Source of the DNA: Auanema rhodensis
Taxonomy: Eukaryota; Animalia; Nematoda
Length of the DNA: 64,000 nucleotides
NCBI GenBank assembly: GCA_964057225.1
Contig: OZ059897.1
Coordinates: 6,882,001 to 6,946,000 of the forward strand
Direction: 5' to 3'
Shown here: piece after piece, positions 27,400 through 40,324 of the stretch
Layout: every line of letters starts with the position of its first letter
Position numbering within the stretch: the stretch's first letter is position 1
The notes under the pieces: model-generated
The model's database searches: none
Seen by the model: only the letters and a program-made list of their open reading frames with translations
What the model was told of the DNA's origin: nothing
Made by a program: the position numbers and the translations under genes

Positions 27400-30300
27400 A
27401 TGAGTGGACAAGAGAATACAATGACTTTCAATCATATTCTTGGTCAGGTATATCCAATTTAAATTCTTCGAATCATTCATATATCTTACCGTTTTAGGGC
27501 AGAGTTAACCAGCTAGGTGGCGTATTCATCAATGGCCGTCCTCTACCACAAGCTATTCGACTCAAAATTATCGAAATGGCTAACAGTGGTATCAAGTAAG
27601 TCAAGTTTTCATACAAACTTTTCTCTAAGCTTTCTTTCTTCTTTTAGGCCATGCCAGATTTCTCGCCAACTTCGTGTATCACACGGTGCCGTCTCCAAGA
27701 TCCTCAATCGCTATCAAGAGACCGGCAGCATTTCTCCTGGACAGGTAAAAACTTTTTCCAACTTTAAAGCCTAAAAAGGCGCCAGATTTGAACTGTCACG
27801 CATCAGCCTATCATCATTAGATATATGTGTTTCGTTAGTTTCGAATAGTGATCATCACCACCATGATCATCGGCTGACTGTTGCACACACACTGAGACAA
27901 AGACATCCCGCCGTGAATTAAATGTACCAGCTGCCTACAGTATATCGTAGAGCCAACATACGGCAATTGAACTAATCATCTATCTATTCAAAAAATTGAT
28001 TAATTAAATAGATATTTTCAAATATCTAATTAATATCAAGACACAACCGCTTCATCTGCAAATTTACCTAAAAAATAAAAAATAATTTTCTCACGTACTC
28101 ACGTATTCACGCATTACAGATTGGAGGCAATCCACGGCAACGTGTATCAGTGCAATCGGTTGAAAAGCAATTGCTCATGATCTATGAAGAAAATCCAGGA
28201 TTCTGTGCTGCCGAGCTTCGTCAAGCTATGATTGAACAAGGTTAGTAAGATTTTCTCTTCTTCTCTCTGAATTCTCGATGTATTCATCTCCTCGATCTTC
28301 CTTTATTATCAAAAAAAAAAAGATATTTTTTGCCTTAAAAACATAAATGTTTCCGGATATTTTCTAAAGTGTCAAGGACCCAATCAATTTTTTTTTCATT
28401 TCCAACTCACAAATGAGGTTTTCATTCAAAATGTTCGACAAACTTACACTGGCCTTGTTACAAAATTACAAAAAAACCATCTTTCAATCAATTTTATATA
28501 TTTTCATTATATAATTATTACAAAATAGTTATAGCTTTCTTATATAATATTTCTACATAAAAATCTTATCAGACATGTCTAACTAGCATAACCTTTCGTT
28601 GACCATAGTTATGATGCTCGTTACCGTAATCCTACATTAATGACTCATATATACTATTTATAGAAATTGAAATTAAAAAACAAAGCTTTTGATAAGAATT
28701 CTTTAGACTTAACTATTTTTCTATTTAAATATATCATTTGTAACTAACTATTCTATACTACCCATCACTTACAGTATCCAAAAAACGTCAGAAAAAAAAA
28801 ACTTGTTCATTGTCCCTTTCTTGTACACAAAAACAGTTCACCAATCATTGATGTTATTATTATTTTCTTTTATTGTAGGAGTTTGTTCACGAGCTACTGC
28901 TCCAACTGTTGCTTCAATTAATCGTTTCGTTCGCTCACGTGGATGGAACAGAGAGAAAAGACCAGAAAAGAAGCGTCTTAGCCACAGCATTGATAGCATC
29001 CTCGGAATATCTATTGGTATGTTTAGTTTTCTTTCGGATCTTTCTCCAACATTCAAGATCCATGTTTGCTTAATCCAAACAATTCTCATGAAAATTGGCA
29101 TACAGAAAAGGGAGGGGGGATTGTGAGACACTGGGTTGGTAAGAAGGCAAAAACAGCCTTTTTTGGTTAACTTTGTAGTTTAATTAATCCTTTTTTTTCT
29201 GGCAGTTCTCAACCTTTTACTTCGAGTTGTTCGTAACAATTTCCGTTCAATGACATTCTCATGACAATTCGCGCATATTTTCTCGCTCAAAACTTCTTGA
29301 TTACTTGACTTTTTTTTTCAAATTTCTCAACCAGCTTGACTAATTGGCTTCACAACGGGCGGTAAAGAAAGGCATCTGGTAGATGATACGGGTACAGTAT
29401 TCCCATATTCTTTCAATGAAGATCGTGTGGCAGAAAAAAATGCTGGAAGCAGGTGTGAGAGAAGAGAGAGAGAGAGGTTTAATCAAATCTATAAAGTCAT
29501 TTATCCTTACTAAATATGAATCTTGATTACTTCCTGATGAGCTCATAATCATGTCGTTGAATGAAGGAGTAAGTAAAAGATAACTAAGATTTAAGAGAGT
29601 AATAGGAATTGATGAGAGATGAGGTAAGCCAAGTCATAAATAACTATCTCGTCCACATCGTTAAGTTGTTCAATATGTATGTGAGTGAGATAAAGAGAGG
29701 TAACTTTACTGTGAATTAGAGAGAAAGATGAATGAAGAGAGTCATGATATGAGCTCTTCAATCATAATAATGTGAGAGGAAGACGACATATAGATGGATA
29801 GAAGGAGGGAAGGAGAGAGAGAGAGAATATATAACGATTTCATTAACTTTCTTGATCTAGATCTCTACTTGGAGGTTTTTAGTAACAGTAGAATTGAGCC
29901 ACAAGAAGAGATTAGTTACCTAATTAATCGACTGGCGCATCGTAAATTTTGTCACCTCGAAGGCATCGTTATCTGAATTGCTGATCGTGCTACAAGATGT
30001 CGTCGTGTGTAGTATCAAACTACTGATGAAGACAAATTTCCTAGTATTGAATAGAGCCTTTTCTGGGATCTATTCTAGGTAGGGGGGCTTAGTAAGGGGG
30101 GGGGGGTAGGATAAAGGAGTACGAAGGATATTACTTGATTCTACTCTCGATAGTTAGAATGTCTTAATAGTTATCGAGTATTGTAACATATACGCTATTC
30201 TTCGGCTTCGTTCTATCAATTGACTATATGCTGAAGACTGACAACGATACATGAAGACGAAAACTGCAGGAGGTCGACATTCCTTTGTCTCCTTAATCTA

Positions 30301-30980
30301 CCGGAAGCGTTTTAATGGGATTAAATATTACTTACTCAATAACTCAATAGAACAGTTGCTACTACATATGTTCTTGAATCAATTGAGCAGACATACTACT
30401 TGATCCACCTAGAGTGTACTTGTTGTGTCGGTATCTTTGATTGTATGTTCCGACTACTAATTGGATTAATTGAATCTCTTCAACTTTTCTTTTCTTTCTT
30501 TATATATTTCATTTATGTATGACGTCATCTCTATTAATGTATTCTTATTATAGATGACAGCAAATCGTCGTCATCTGATGATGATTCTGTGTCACCTGAA
30601 GCTCGTCGTAACCGTACCAGCTTTACTCCTGAACAGCTTGATCGCTTAGAGTCTGCTTTCAAGGCTAATACCTATCCTGATGGAGCTGAACGCGAACAGA
30701 TCGCCAAACAAACCGGACTTTCGGAAGAAAAGATTATGGTAAGCACATTAATTCGTTGATTAGCAATAGAATCATCTCATCATCTTCTTTTCAGACATGG
30801 TTCTCTAATCGCCGTGCTCGTTGCCGTAAGCATCTTCCCGTATATCCAATGCTGAATGCCGTCGGCTCAGTCACCCCTTCATCCTCCCTGTACGGTCAGA
30901 TGACCAGCTTGCCTATGCTTTTAACAGCAGCCAGTGGCATGAGTCCTCTCATGTTTCCACCATTTGTGAATTCAAACTAA
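27400..30980 (+). CDS. pax-3: Pax3/7-class paired-box and homeodomain transcription factor
   Basis: Exons 27400-27447, 27498-27595, 27648-27744, 28120-28240, 28879-29016, 30554-30738, 30795-30980. Paired domain [19 protein letters not shown]...[32 protein letters not shown]; octapeptide HSIDSILG; S50 homeodomain [12 protein letters not shown]...[21 protein letters not shown]. An alternative end near 31021 is possible if a 32-nt intron is used. Confidence 0.95.
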
Positions 30981-31289
30981 ACTACTTGTATTCACAGCTG
31001 TGTACGCAGATTCCGAAGTGATTTTGATGTCATCACCCAGCTTCCGACCTCCTCCTCATGTCATCAGATTCTGAATACGGTTATATTAATTATATTATAT
31101 TTCTTTATATATATATATATATATTTGTATGTTTTATAATGATTTTCATAGTTCTTTGAACTTTTATGGTCTAATTGAATTTAATATTTTAAAATATTAC
31201 AAATAATTCAGAAGTAGATCAAGATTTTCTATTTGGAACCCATTTATGCCAGGCATATCACGTGTAATTCATATCATTGATTACTCCAA

Positions 31290-31330
<41 letters not shown>

Positions 31331-32263
31331 TTAATTTCATTTTCTACTTAACTATATCATATTAATTATAAAAACATTGATGATTCTATTTGACATATCG
31401 TGTTACTATTCCTTACTGGTATATGTGCCTTTTCCTCGTTTTCTCATCAAAACATTTGTCATCTTCATTCTCTATTTCAAATTATTTTTCAAATATTTCT
31501 CTTGTTTAAATATTTGATTATTCTTCTTATTATCCTTTTTATATTAATTTTGAATAATAATTATTAATAACTTTGTAATAAATTTTATTTTTTCATATAT
31601 TTTTGCTTGTTCTTAACTACTATATAACATAACATTCATATATTTCAACTATAACAAGTTAACTATGCCTAAACAAACTTGAAAACCAGCATTTATTCAT
31701 TCCTTTTCAAGCTATTAACGTTCTTCATCTCATGCCAATACAGTAGTTTCGATGCAAAATATGCGTTTCAAAGGCGTGTGACTGAATACGGTCACCCGTA
31801 TTATAGGCAACCAACATCTAGACCGGTCTTATTTCTCTTTCAAAGCCTTTTTCTTTTGGTTTAATCAATTTTTTGCATGATTATGTTAACTATATGTTAT
31901 AATAGCAATTACATAAGTGTAAATGGCTAGTAATGTTTGTTTCATAACCGCTAAACACCCGTTTGAAAACACAAATGTGTGTTCTATGCTATGCTTGTGT
32001 AGCAGCTAACAACAACCCCCTCATATTTGATTATAAAATTTCCAGAAATATACATCAGTCTTCTCATCTTAACTATATACATATAAAAAAACTCAATATT
32101 TCTTTAAATTTTAATTTATAAATGGCCTCGTTGTTTTTTGTCTCCCATTGCGGCTCGTCCTTGATAGCCTTATCTTGATCAACGCCTTGAGATGACTTGT
32201 ATGTCTTCGTAGTCGTGTGGCCCAAATTTATGAAACAGAGAGGACGACGCAGACGAGGCTGAT

Positions 32264-32306
32264 ACGACGTCGACGACGATGACGACGACAACGACGACGA
32301 CGACGA
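32264..32306. repeat. (GAC)n trinucleotide repeat
   Basis: Directly visible. Confidence 0.85.
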
Positions 32307-34045
32307 TTTTCTTTTCAAATAATTTATTAGGCTCGTGTCGTCAGTCGTTGGGAAAAAGGCGCTACGACTCCACGGGTGGTCCCACGGCCCATTCACTATA
32401 CACAGGTTCCTGTGTCTGTCAGTCATTTAGTCAATTCAATGTTGTTGGAAATTGACAATCAAAATATGTATCCGAATAAGCTTATTATATAATTTTGGAT
32501 GAGGGATGTCTATCATTGATACGAGAAAATACTGTTGAAATTTGACAGAAGGTTGAGGAACTATTAGTTGGAAAACGAATTGGATGACGTATTATGATGT
32601 CGTAGTAATACAACTACACCACTATTTCATCCTATTTATAACATAAGAAAATGATAATGAATGATTGAAATGTTTCAAATTGAGCTAAAATATCATTCGT
32701 TTCTGGAAAAAAAGTCTCTAAAATGGTGATGTGAAAGACCATATGCATGATAAATTCTTGAGAAAAGTGAAGGTGACGATCATGTTGTCGTACAATCTGT
32801 TTTTCTGTCGCAATTTAGCGCGTCAGCTTATTTGGTCATTAACGTTTAGCTATTATTCTCCTGACAACTTGGCCCAGGTTGTCTTCCTATAGTGTCACAT
32901 AAACGTCCCATTAACTGGCAATAACGATCATTTAACTAGCTGGGCCAATATAACAAAAAAAGGCGAAGTAATGAGCCATCATTAACACGTACGGTAAACG
33001 GTAAAAGGAATCTGATACGTAAATGCAATTGTTGGGCATAGGGATGAGTTTGATGACCATTGTAGGGATAAGTTTGTGTTGATTCTAGTTAAATATACGA
33101 ACATACACGCGTTGTGACGAGAAAATGCTTGAAAAAAGTTTCAAAAGGTCACGGCAAAACGTTCAAATCAATATTTAAATTAGCAGATTCAAAGAAAAAA
33201 AACATTGGATGGAGAATGAGGATGATAATACGGTATTGTTGATGAAATTCTGAAAAGATCGTCAAGCATATGATGTGTATGTCGTTCCGTAACAACGATA
33301 TATATGTCGTTTGTCTATCTGTTTGCTGGCTGGCTGGCTGGCTAACTGTACTAACATCTCATACGCCTGAATCTTCTCAATTCATTGATTCCCATTTGCT
33401 TACTATATTCTCAAGAAATGTCTGATTTCGATAATAAAACACATTTTCTAATTTATTTGATTATTTCCAGTGAAATAAACTGATAATCAAAACTTTCTAA
33501 GTTCGCATAAATGACTCTTTTCCCAAGAAGCAATAGGACATTCAGAAATCTTCTCACCTATGAACCAGTCTGGTTGAAAGGTTTACCGCATATGGTCGAC
33601 AGCTAATCATCTCTTCATGATTACGGTTAATGATTTACACATCACATGTGTTACGTCATCTGAGCAAACACTTCACATTCGCGCCTTTAACTGATTATCA
33701 GATGTTCTTTGAGACATCAATGCCGACGTTTGCATCTTCAGATGGTAACGACAGATACCGACAGTTCGCGCGCTACAGAAATCTGAAGGACGGACAGCCG
33801 GATGGCGGTTGCCAGATAATGAGAGGTGAGAAGATGATGAGGATTATTGATATGTAGATAAGTTTAAAAGGCCATAAATGGGCAGGATAAAGAACAGAAT
33901 ACTAAACAAACTTGTAATATATAGTATATATGATATGAGAATTATGGACCATTATTCTATAAACTTATATATGAATATAAACTTTATGATTTAAGCTGTT
34001 GCTCAGAAACAGTTGTAAAGTATTCTAAGTTGATCCTCAAACAAC

Positions 34046-34119
34046 TTCTATGAGTGAGGCTTGAACTCACGACCTTCAGAATATGAGAAACACACTTCAC
34101 GCAACTTAAGAATAATAGA
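34046..34119 (-). pseudogene. tRNA-Met(CAT) pseudogene or tRNA-derived relic
   Basis: Minus strand reads TCTATTA...CTCATAT TCTGA AGGTC GTGAG TTCAAGC CTCAC TCATAGA A. The T-arm/B-box is intact and the 3' half resembles elongator tRNA-Met. Acceptor stem pairs 6 of 7. Anticodon stem and D-loop are degenerate. Confidence 0.7.
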
Positions 34120-34794
34120 TAATGATGAAAATCTGAATCAAAAACTGCTGGTAAATGTCGTTAAGACAAAGAAATCTTCTTTGCATTTCATCATACTTCA
34201 TTAATTTGAAAAACTTCTATATATAGAATATGAATTAATTTAATAATTTCAAAAAAATATAATATTCGAATTTCTTCTTTGATTTTTTTTATAAAAAAAT
34301 TTATAAATTGAAGAATTAATCTAAATGAAAATAAATAATTATCTAATAACTAAACTAATAAAACTAAAGATAAGTAAATGGTATCAGAAAAAAACAACCG
34401 CTCATTATATTTATTATTTGAAAATGAAATAGTGTTGATAAATTTGTTATTTAGAGAAGTAAATAGATAAATAAGTAATAATTCTGGAAAAAGCTTTTAA
34501 AAAAGTTCTACAAATAAGAAAAACAAACTATAAATGATATCTTATCTAATACATATCAAAAATAAGCTAACTGTTAAAAATAAGAAAGAGAGAGAAAAAG
34601 AGAGGGAAAGAGAGAAAGAGAGAGAGAGAAAGAAAGAGGGAGAGAGAAAGAGAGAGGTAGGTTTCATTATATAGAAAGATAGAGGTAACGAGCTTATACT
34701 ACAAAACATGTTTCATCTTACGAAGAACAGAATATAAGGAGCAAATTTTTATAACATCCACTTCATTTTTTCTTGGAATCAAGAAAAAGGAAAG

Positions 34795-35750
34795 ATGCTA
34801 TACTCTGCTATAGGCCTAGCCCTTCTTAGCGTTGTGTCAGCGCAGGTATTTCAATTTAATTCTCTGTTCAATGTACCTTTAATTAATTTTTTCCAAGATG
34901 ACACACGATGACACAGTATTGGCAATTAATTTTGATCATGCTGCAACTGAAAGCGATATAGCTTGTTTGAAAGGTTTAAAGATGTTAATCCTTACCAGGT
35001 ATAAAGATATATTTAATTCTAACTATAACATTTCAATATGTATATCTTCAGAGCCTATTCTCCAGCAAATGGTGGATCATTTGATTTTTCGGGATGTGAT
35101 AACTATAACATGTATCATGATCCTGATAACTTCAAGTTTGCTACATTCTACATGGATCCTGCACCTACCACTAAAACTGGATCTCAACATTTTGAAGAAT
35201 TCAGACAAGGCTTATCTAGCGAATATTGTAGTAGACCTAGAATTCGTTTCTTCTATCTCTCGGTATATTATATAATATAAGCTACAAGTATCTATCTATT
35301 TGATAGGTATTATCACCAGAAAAATGGCATAAAAATCCTCATGAGAACGTCAAGTTCCTTGAAGATATGGCACATGCTGCTCAATCACAGGTATATTGAC
35401 TGTCCATGCTCGTATTCAAGCTTTCAATAACTGTATTCAGGGTTGGACCTTTGGAATTCGTACTGATGAGTCTAACTGGAATCTTATTACTAACAATTAT
35501 AACTATAAGAATATGAACTTCCCATTCTCAGTTCCTCTATGGTATTTTTTATTTCTAAAATGATTGAAAACAAATTAAATTTTTAAGGTATTCATCCAGT
35601 GCATCATACGGTAATGAAATAACTCAACACACTTTCATGCCATTCGGTGGATGGACTGCTGACAATGTTGCTCTTGTCCTTAAATCTGATAATGCTAATG
35701 TTTGCCGTGTAAATGGAAATCTCAATCTTCTTTATACAATCCATATGTAA
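34795..35750 (+). CDS. lys: protist-type (GH25-like) lysozyme family protein, paralog 1, 6 exons
   Basis: Signal peptide MLYSAIGLALLSVVSAQ. Family motifs ACLK..RAYSP.NGGSFD, FYMDP.P..KTGSQHFEE, LSVLSPEKW..N..F, GIRTDESNWNLIT, PLWY, FMPFGGW, C...N. All introns GT-AG. Confidence 0.9.
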
Positions 35751-36599
35751 AAGAAATGAATACATCTTTGTAAAAATAAATTCATTTTCAAATATATTTA
35801 TTTTCTTCAAAATATTTAAGAAAAACAGAAGCACATTGAGTCAAAAATAATCGATGATTACAGCTAAAGCTTGAACGAAATCCCCAAACTGTTAAGTCTT
35901 ACTTTTTGAAAATTCAAAATATTCTTATACTTCACTAAGATTTCTACAAAATAAAAAAAAGTTCAACCTCTGAGTTCTAAAAGACATGACGATAACAGAC
36001 TGAGTGGATAGACATCTTGCTTCAACTTAAATATGCCACAAACAAGCATTTGATTACAAATTCTGCATAAAATTTCAGACTATGATGAAAATAATTTTGA
36101 TGATTTATGATTATTTGAATGTATATTCAATCAAAATTTTAATATTTTGAGATATTATGATAGCAGATTACTCTTATAAATCATAAATAATTTGATATTC
36201 TGCATACTGCCTCAGGACTGTCTATCTGAAAACTATTTGAAAACCGCTTCTTCAAAATGAATTCAAACTGTTCACGCATATAAGCTTAGTTACCACATAC
36301 ATGGTCTTCCATATTCAAACCTGATAACTTCATTTTTGAGTTTAACATCTCAGAGTAATCTCAGGACATTAGTGCCTTAAGTACTCAGATGACCTTAATT
36401 TCAAAATTTGTTTTTGTTCGAAAGTGAAGCACATCGTTCATCAAGTCTTGTATGATAGCACAATAGCATGTTCTCTTCAACAGGGAAGTCAGACGGTTTT
36501 ACGTTCATTTTTCCAAATATTTGTATTATTTTATAGCTCAAATATAGTATATATGTATATATTAGTTAGTTTTATCAAATTATGAACTTATCAAGGAAA

Positions 36600-37577
36600 A
36601 TGAGGTCTGCTATCATCTTCATCTTCATTGGTTTGGCTACAGCTCAGGTTTTAATGTTTTTCAATTTTTTTGTATATGTTGGATATTTCAGAGAAGGTTT
36701 CTTTTTTCAATTGATACCTCAGAACCGGTGAGCGAACGTCAGGTAGAGTGTCTTGCTGAAAACGATGTTTCTGCTTTCACTATAAGGTAACATCTTGAAC
36801 ATAGCTTTACTATCATAATGAATCCTTCTATTTCTCTCTCTTTTCAGAGCATATTCTCCAGATAATGGAGGATCTTTTGATGATAACGCATGTGAAAGTT
36901 TCCAGAATGCTTATTACAGTAGTTAACGCTAAGTAAGCTTTGAATATCAAATGTTCTAGAATACATGGTGCCTACGTTTTACATGGACCCTATTCCCAAC
37001 TCAGACAAAAGCGGATCAGAACAATTCGAAGAAATGTACGATGGCATACTTAATTCATGTGGCATGCCATCACATCTATACCAGTTTATCTATCTTTGGG
37101 TATACAAGCCGATCCTCTTCATCAAGTATTATTCATTCGATAGGTTTCATCACCAGAAAAATGGAGTTCAGACCCGTCAGAGAATGTTCAATTCATCGGA
37201 GATGTTATTGCCGCTGCTCAAGCAAAGGCTTGTAATCTAAGTTTTATCTTAATCTTTCACTTATTCAGAATATTCATGTGAATATTCATACAAATGAGGA
37301 ACAATGGAGTATCATTACCAACAATCTTAATCATCGTGAATTGAATGAACTAACTACAAGGCCAATTCGATTATGGTATTAAGACTAAGACTAATGAGCA
37401 GCTTATTCATTTTTCAGGTATGATCATGCTCCAAGCTCTGGAGATGGCTCACAATTCGCTACTGAGTTCCAATCATTCGGTGGATGGGAAGCTACTGATG
37501 CTCATTACGTTCAGTTTGCCAAAAATGAAAAGTTTTGTGAAATAAATGGCAACTTGAATTACATCATACTGTGGTAA
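36600..37577 (+). CDS. lys: protist-type lysozyme family protein, paralog 2, 7 exons
   Basis: MRSAIIFIFIGLATAQ|RRFLFSIDTSEPVSERQVECL..IRAYSPDNGGSFD..FYMDPIPNSDKSGSEQFEEMY..IYLWVSSPEKW..IHTNEEQWSIIT..LWY..FQSFGGW..VQFAKNEKFCEINGNLNYIILW*. Intron 5 needs a GC donor. Confidence 0.88.
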
Positions 37578-37924
37578 AGCTAAGATTAAATCAATTTTTA
37601 ATGATTTTATTGATTTTTTGATTAAGTTTAAAATCAAATTTAACTATATGTTTCACAAATTTCAATAAAATTATTTACCAAAATTTGACTTTATTCATCA
37701 AAAAATTCTCAAAGGTTCTTTACAATCTATGTTAAGCTCTGAAGTCTTATCACCAATAAAGCTTTTCTCTAGTTCTCATTAGATGTTAGTTAGCATAGAA
37801 GTATTTTCACAAGATAAGAAGGTTAAAATTTGGAAAATGGAGCTTCCAGATGTTGAAAAATATAAAAATCACAAAAAGTATTCACATTTTTACTGAATAA
37901 TTTAAATATTTAAATTTTAAAAAA

Positions 37925-39050
37925 TTAATTAAAATCTCTTCCACATGATATTTTACAAACGCTGCTCTGTACAGCATATTGTGTGGCAAAAATATCATTT
38001 ACTGTCCATCCTCCAAATGGCTTGAATTTATCCTCAGTTTGTGTGTCATCAGGGATTTTCTTATCTTTTTCCCACCTGAATCAAATTAAAATTTAATTTA
38101 ATTTACTTTATAAAGATAATTACCATAGTAATAAGGAAGTTTTGAATGCTTCTTTGTGATCTACATTGTGTGTAATTTCCTGCCAATCGTCAGCATTCGT
38201 AAAGATTCCAACAGTAACATTCTGAATATTTTTATGAAATATAAAGAGTAATGTTAGAAGTATCATCTTCCTTACCAGTGAATGAGCAGTTTCTAAGATA
38301 TCGCTAATGAATTTGATATTCTTAGGTACATGTTTGTTCCATCTATGTGATGGTATAACCTATATATTTAGAAATTTTTAAAGCTTTTATATATTATTGA
38401 ATAAACCATAAGAAATAATATTGGAGGAATTGTTGGATAACAAGTTGTATCAGTCATAGCTGAGTATAATTCATTCATCTGATGCTTTGCTGATTTATCA
38501 CCGGTGGGAGATGGCTCCATGTATATTGAGCTTAATACATCATTAGGAAAATCTGAAAATGAGACACAATATTCAATTTAGATTGGATTTTCTGTGTTTG
38601 CTCGGAGACAACACACAGACACAGAGTTGTTGCTCTCACATTGAAGTATAGAGTTATAACTTACTTCTTCTAACAGCTTGATATGTTCCACATGAGTTAT
38701 AATCAAACATTCCAACATAATTGTTACTAAGATAAGCTCTGAAATTTTTTTTAAAAATGAGAAAGAAAAGGAGCATAAAGAATAAGTTGAAATACCTGAT
38801 GAGAAACGTGGAGATATATAGATCTTTCAAGCAATTCAGCTGACTATCAGTTACTGGTTGTTTAACATCAAGTATTTGATTGAAGTCAGACTAAAATATT
38901 AAAATGAAAGAGAGAGAGAGAAGGAGAGAGAGGGGGAGATAGAAAAACTGAGTTTTATCGTCAAATTTGAACTGAATGAATCTAACTTACTGGTTTGTGT
39001 CCAGTTGTGATACCAATGAATACAAGGTACAGTAATACTAGAAATCTCAT
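37925..39050 (-). CDS. lys: protist-type lysozyme family protein, paralog 3 (inverted), 7 exons
   Basis: MRFLVLLYLVFIGITTGHKP|SDFNQILDVKQPVTDSQLNCLK..LIRAYLSNNYVGMFDYNSC..IYMEPSPTGDKSAKHQMNELY..LFLMVIPSHRWNK..VGIFTNADDWQEIT..LWWE..FKPFGGW..TQYAVQSSVCKISCGRDFN*. Canonical introns. Confidence 0.9.
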
Positions 39051-39139
39051 TTTCGAATATTCAATGAGAAGGTAAAGCTTCTCTTAATCAACTTATCTAT
39101 TTATATATTATATAGTTAAAATAAACCGGATGTTTTAAT

Positions 39140-40297
39140 TGATAAAATTACGAAATATGTAATCTTCTTCTTAATTTTGGCTACAAAAATCATAGTGTTC
39201 TTGATATCATATGTTTCCTTGTCTTTATCTAAGTAAGCTCCTGTTTCTACTTTAACTATCACAATCTGATGGCTATAAGGGTGGAGTTTACAATCTTACA
39301 ATCGTTTGGATGTGATCTAAGTGATAAGTTATCATATTCAGTTGATTTTATCTTATATACACCATAATATAGTATGATTCTTTCATATTCGTGATTATGA
39401 TATCATTGGAATATCTTTACTATTAATACAATTCCTGTTATGTTGTTATAATTATTTTCTTAAATAAGCGAGTTGAAATATTAATTTTGAATTTCAATCG
39501 GATTTCTTTCCAAATCAGCTGCAACTTCCAGATCCAGAACACGCTTAGCTTATACATACATATATCTCCTCTATAGGAATATCAGACTTTTTGATCTTAT
39601 TTTACATAATCTTTCAATATTATAATATTTATTTTAATAAATGAAATTATATGTTGAAGAAAAGAAGAAAAGCTTAACTTTCAACATGATGATGTTGAAT
39701 TGCAGTAAAGTTGGCTGAAAACAGAACAAGAATCTCATAAGGATATTCATTCTGAATGTAAAGGTATACTTTCTACTTGTATAAAGAGAATTTCAAAATT
39801 TTATTCGTTGAATATTGTATGATCACAACAGAGTATTCAATGAGCTTTACAACTTATTCGTTAATTGAAATATCATTTTCTTACGTTTAATTACGTTTAA
39901 GAACAAATTTTGAGGAAATTTGTTTGGGAACTAAGTATTTTGAGTATTTCAGATGCCTTGAATCACATATTCGCAATGTCTTCTAAGCCTTTATAACTTA
40001 GAATGTCTACTGTGGAGCATTCACATGGTATTGAAGGGCTTTGTATAGACTATCTAGTAAGATAGAGTATTATCATATTCTAAATATGAAATTAGTTAAG
40101 ATTCTTTTATCAAAAAAGCAATTTTCATGATAAAAAACTGAAAACACTTGATACTTATCTCTGATATATCAAGAACATATTGACTTTTAAAATGAAGATT
40201 GTTCACAGTCATAGAGTATTCTGTAGCTTTATCTATTTTCAAGTTTTCATGATACTAATATTATTTTATACATATATATAATATGAATATCTTATCA
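39140..40297. promoter_or_regulatory. putative bidirectional gut-type promoter with clustered TGATAA/TTATCA (GATA) sites
   Basis: Sites at about 39140, 39322, 39329, 40107, 40128 and 40292, between divergent lys paralogs 3 and 4. TGATAA is the established ELT-2 intestinal motif in C. elegans. Confidence 0.5.
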
Positions 40298-40324
40298 ATT
40301 CATTTTGATCTATTGTGTTATAGG

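Noticed and set aside
27400-30980. Calling the Pax gene Pax6/vab-3 or eyg-1
   Set aside because: A full paired domain, the HSIDxILG octapeptide and an S50 homeodomain indicate Pax3/7.
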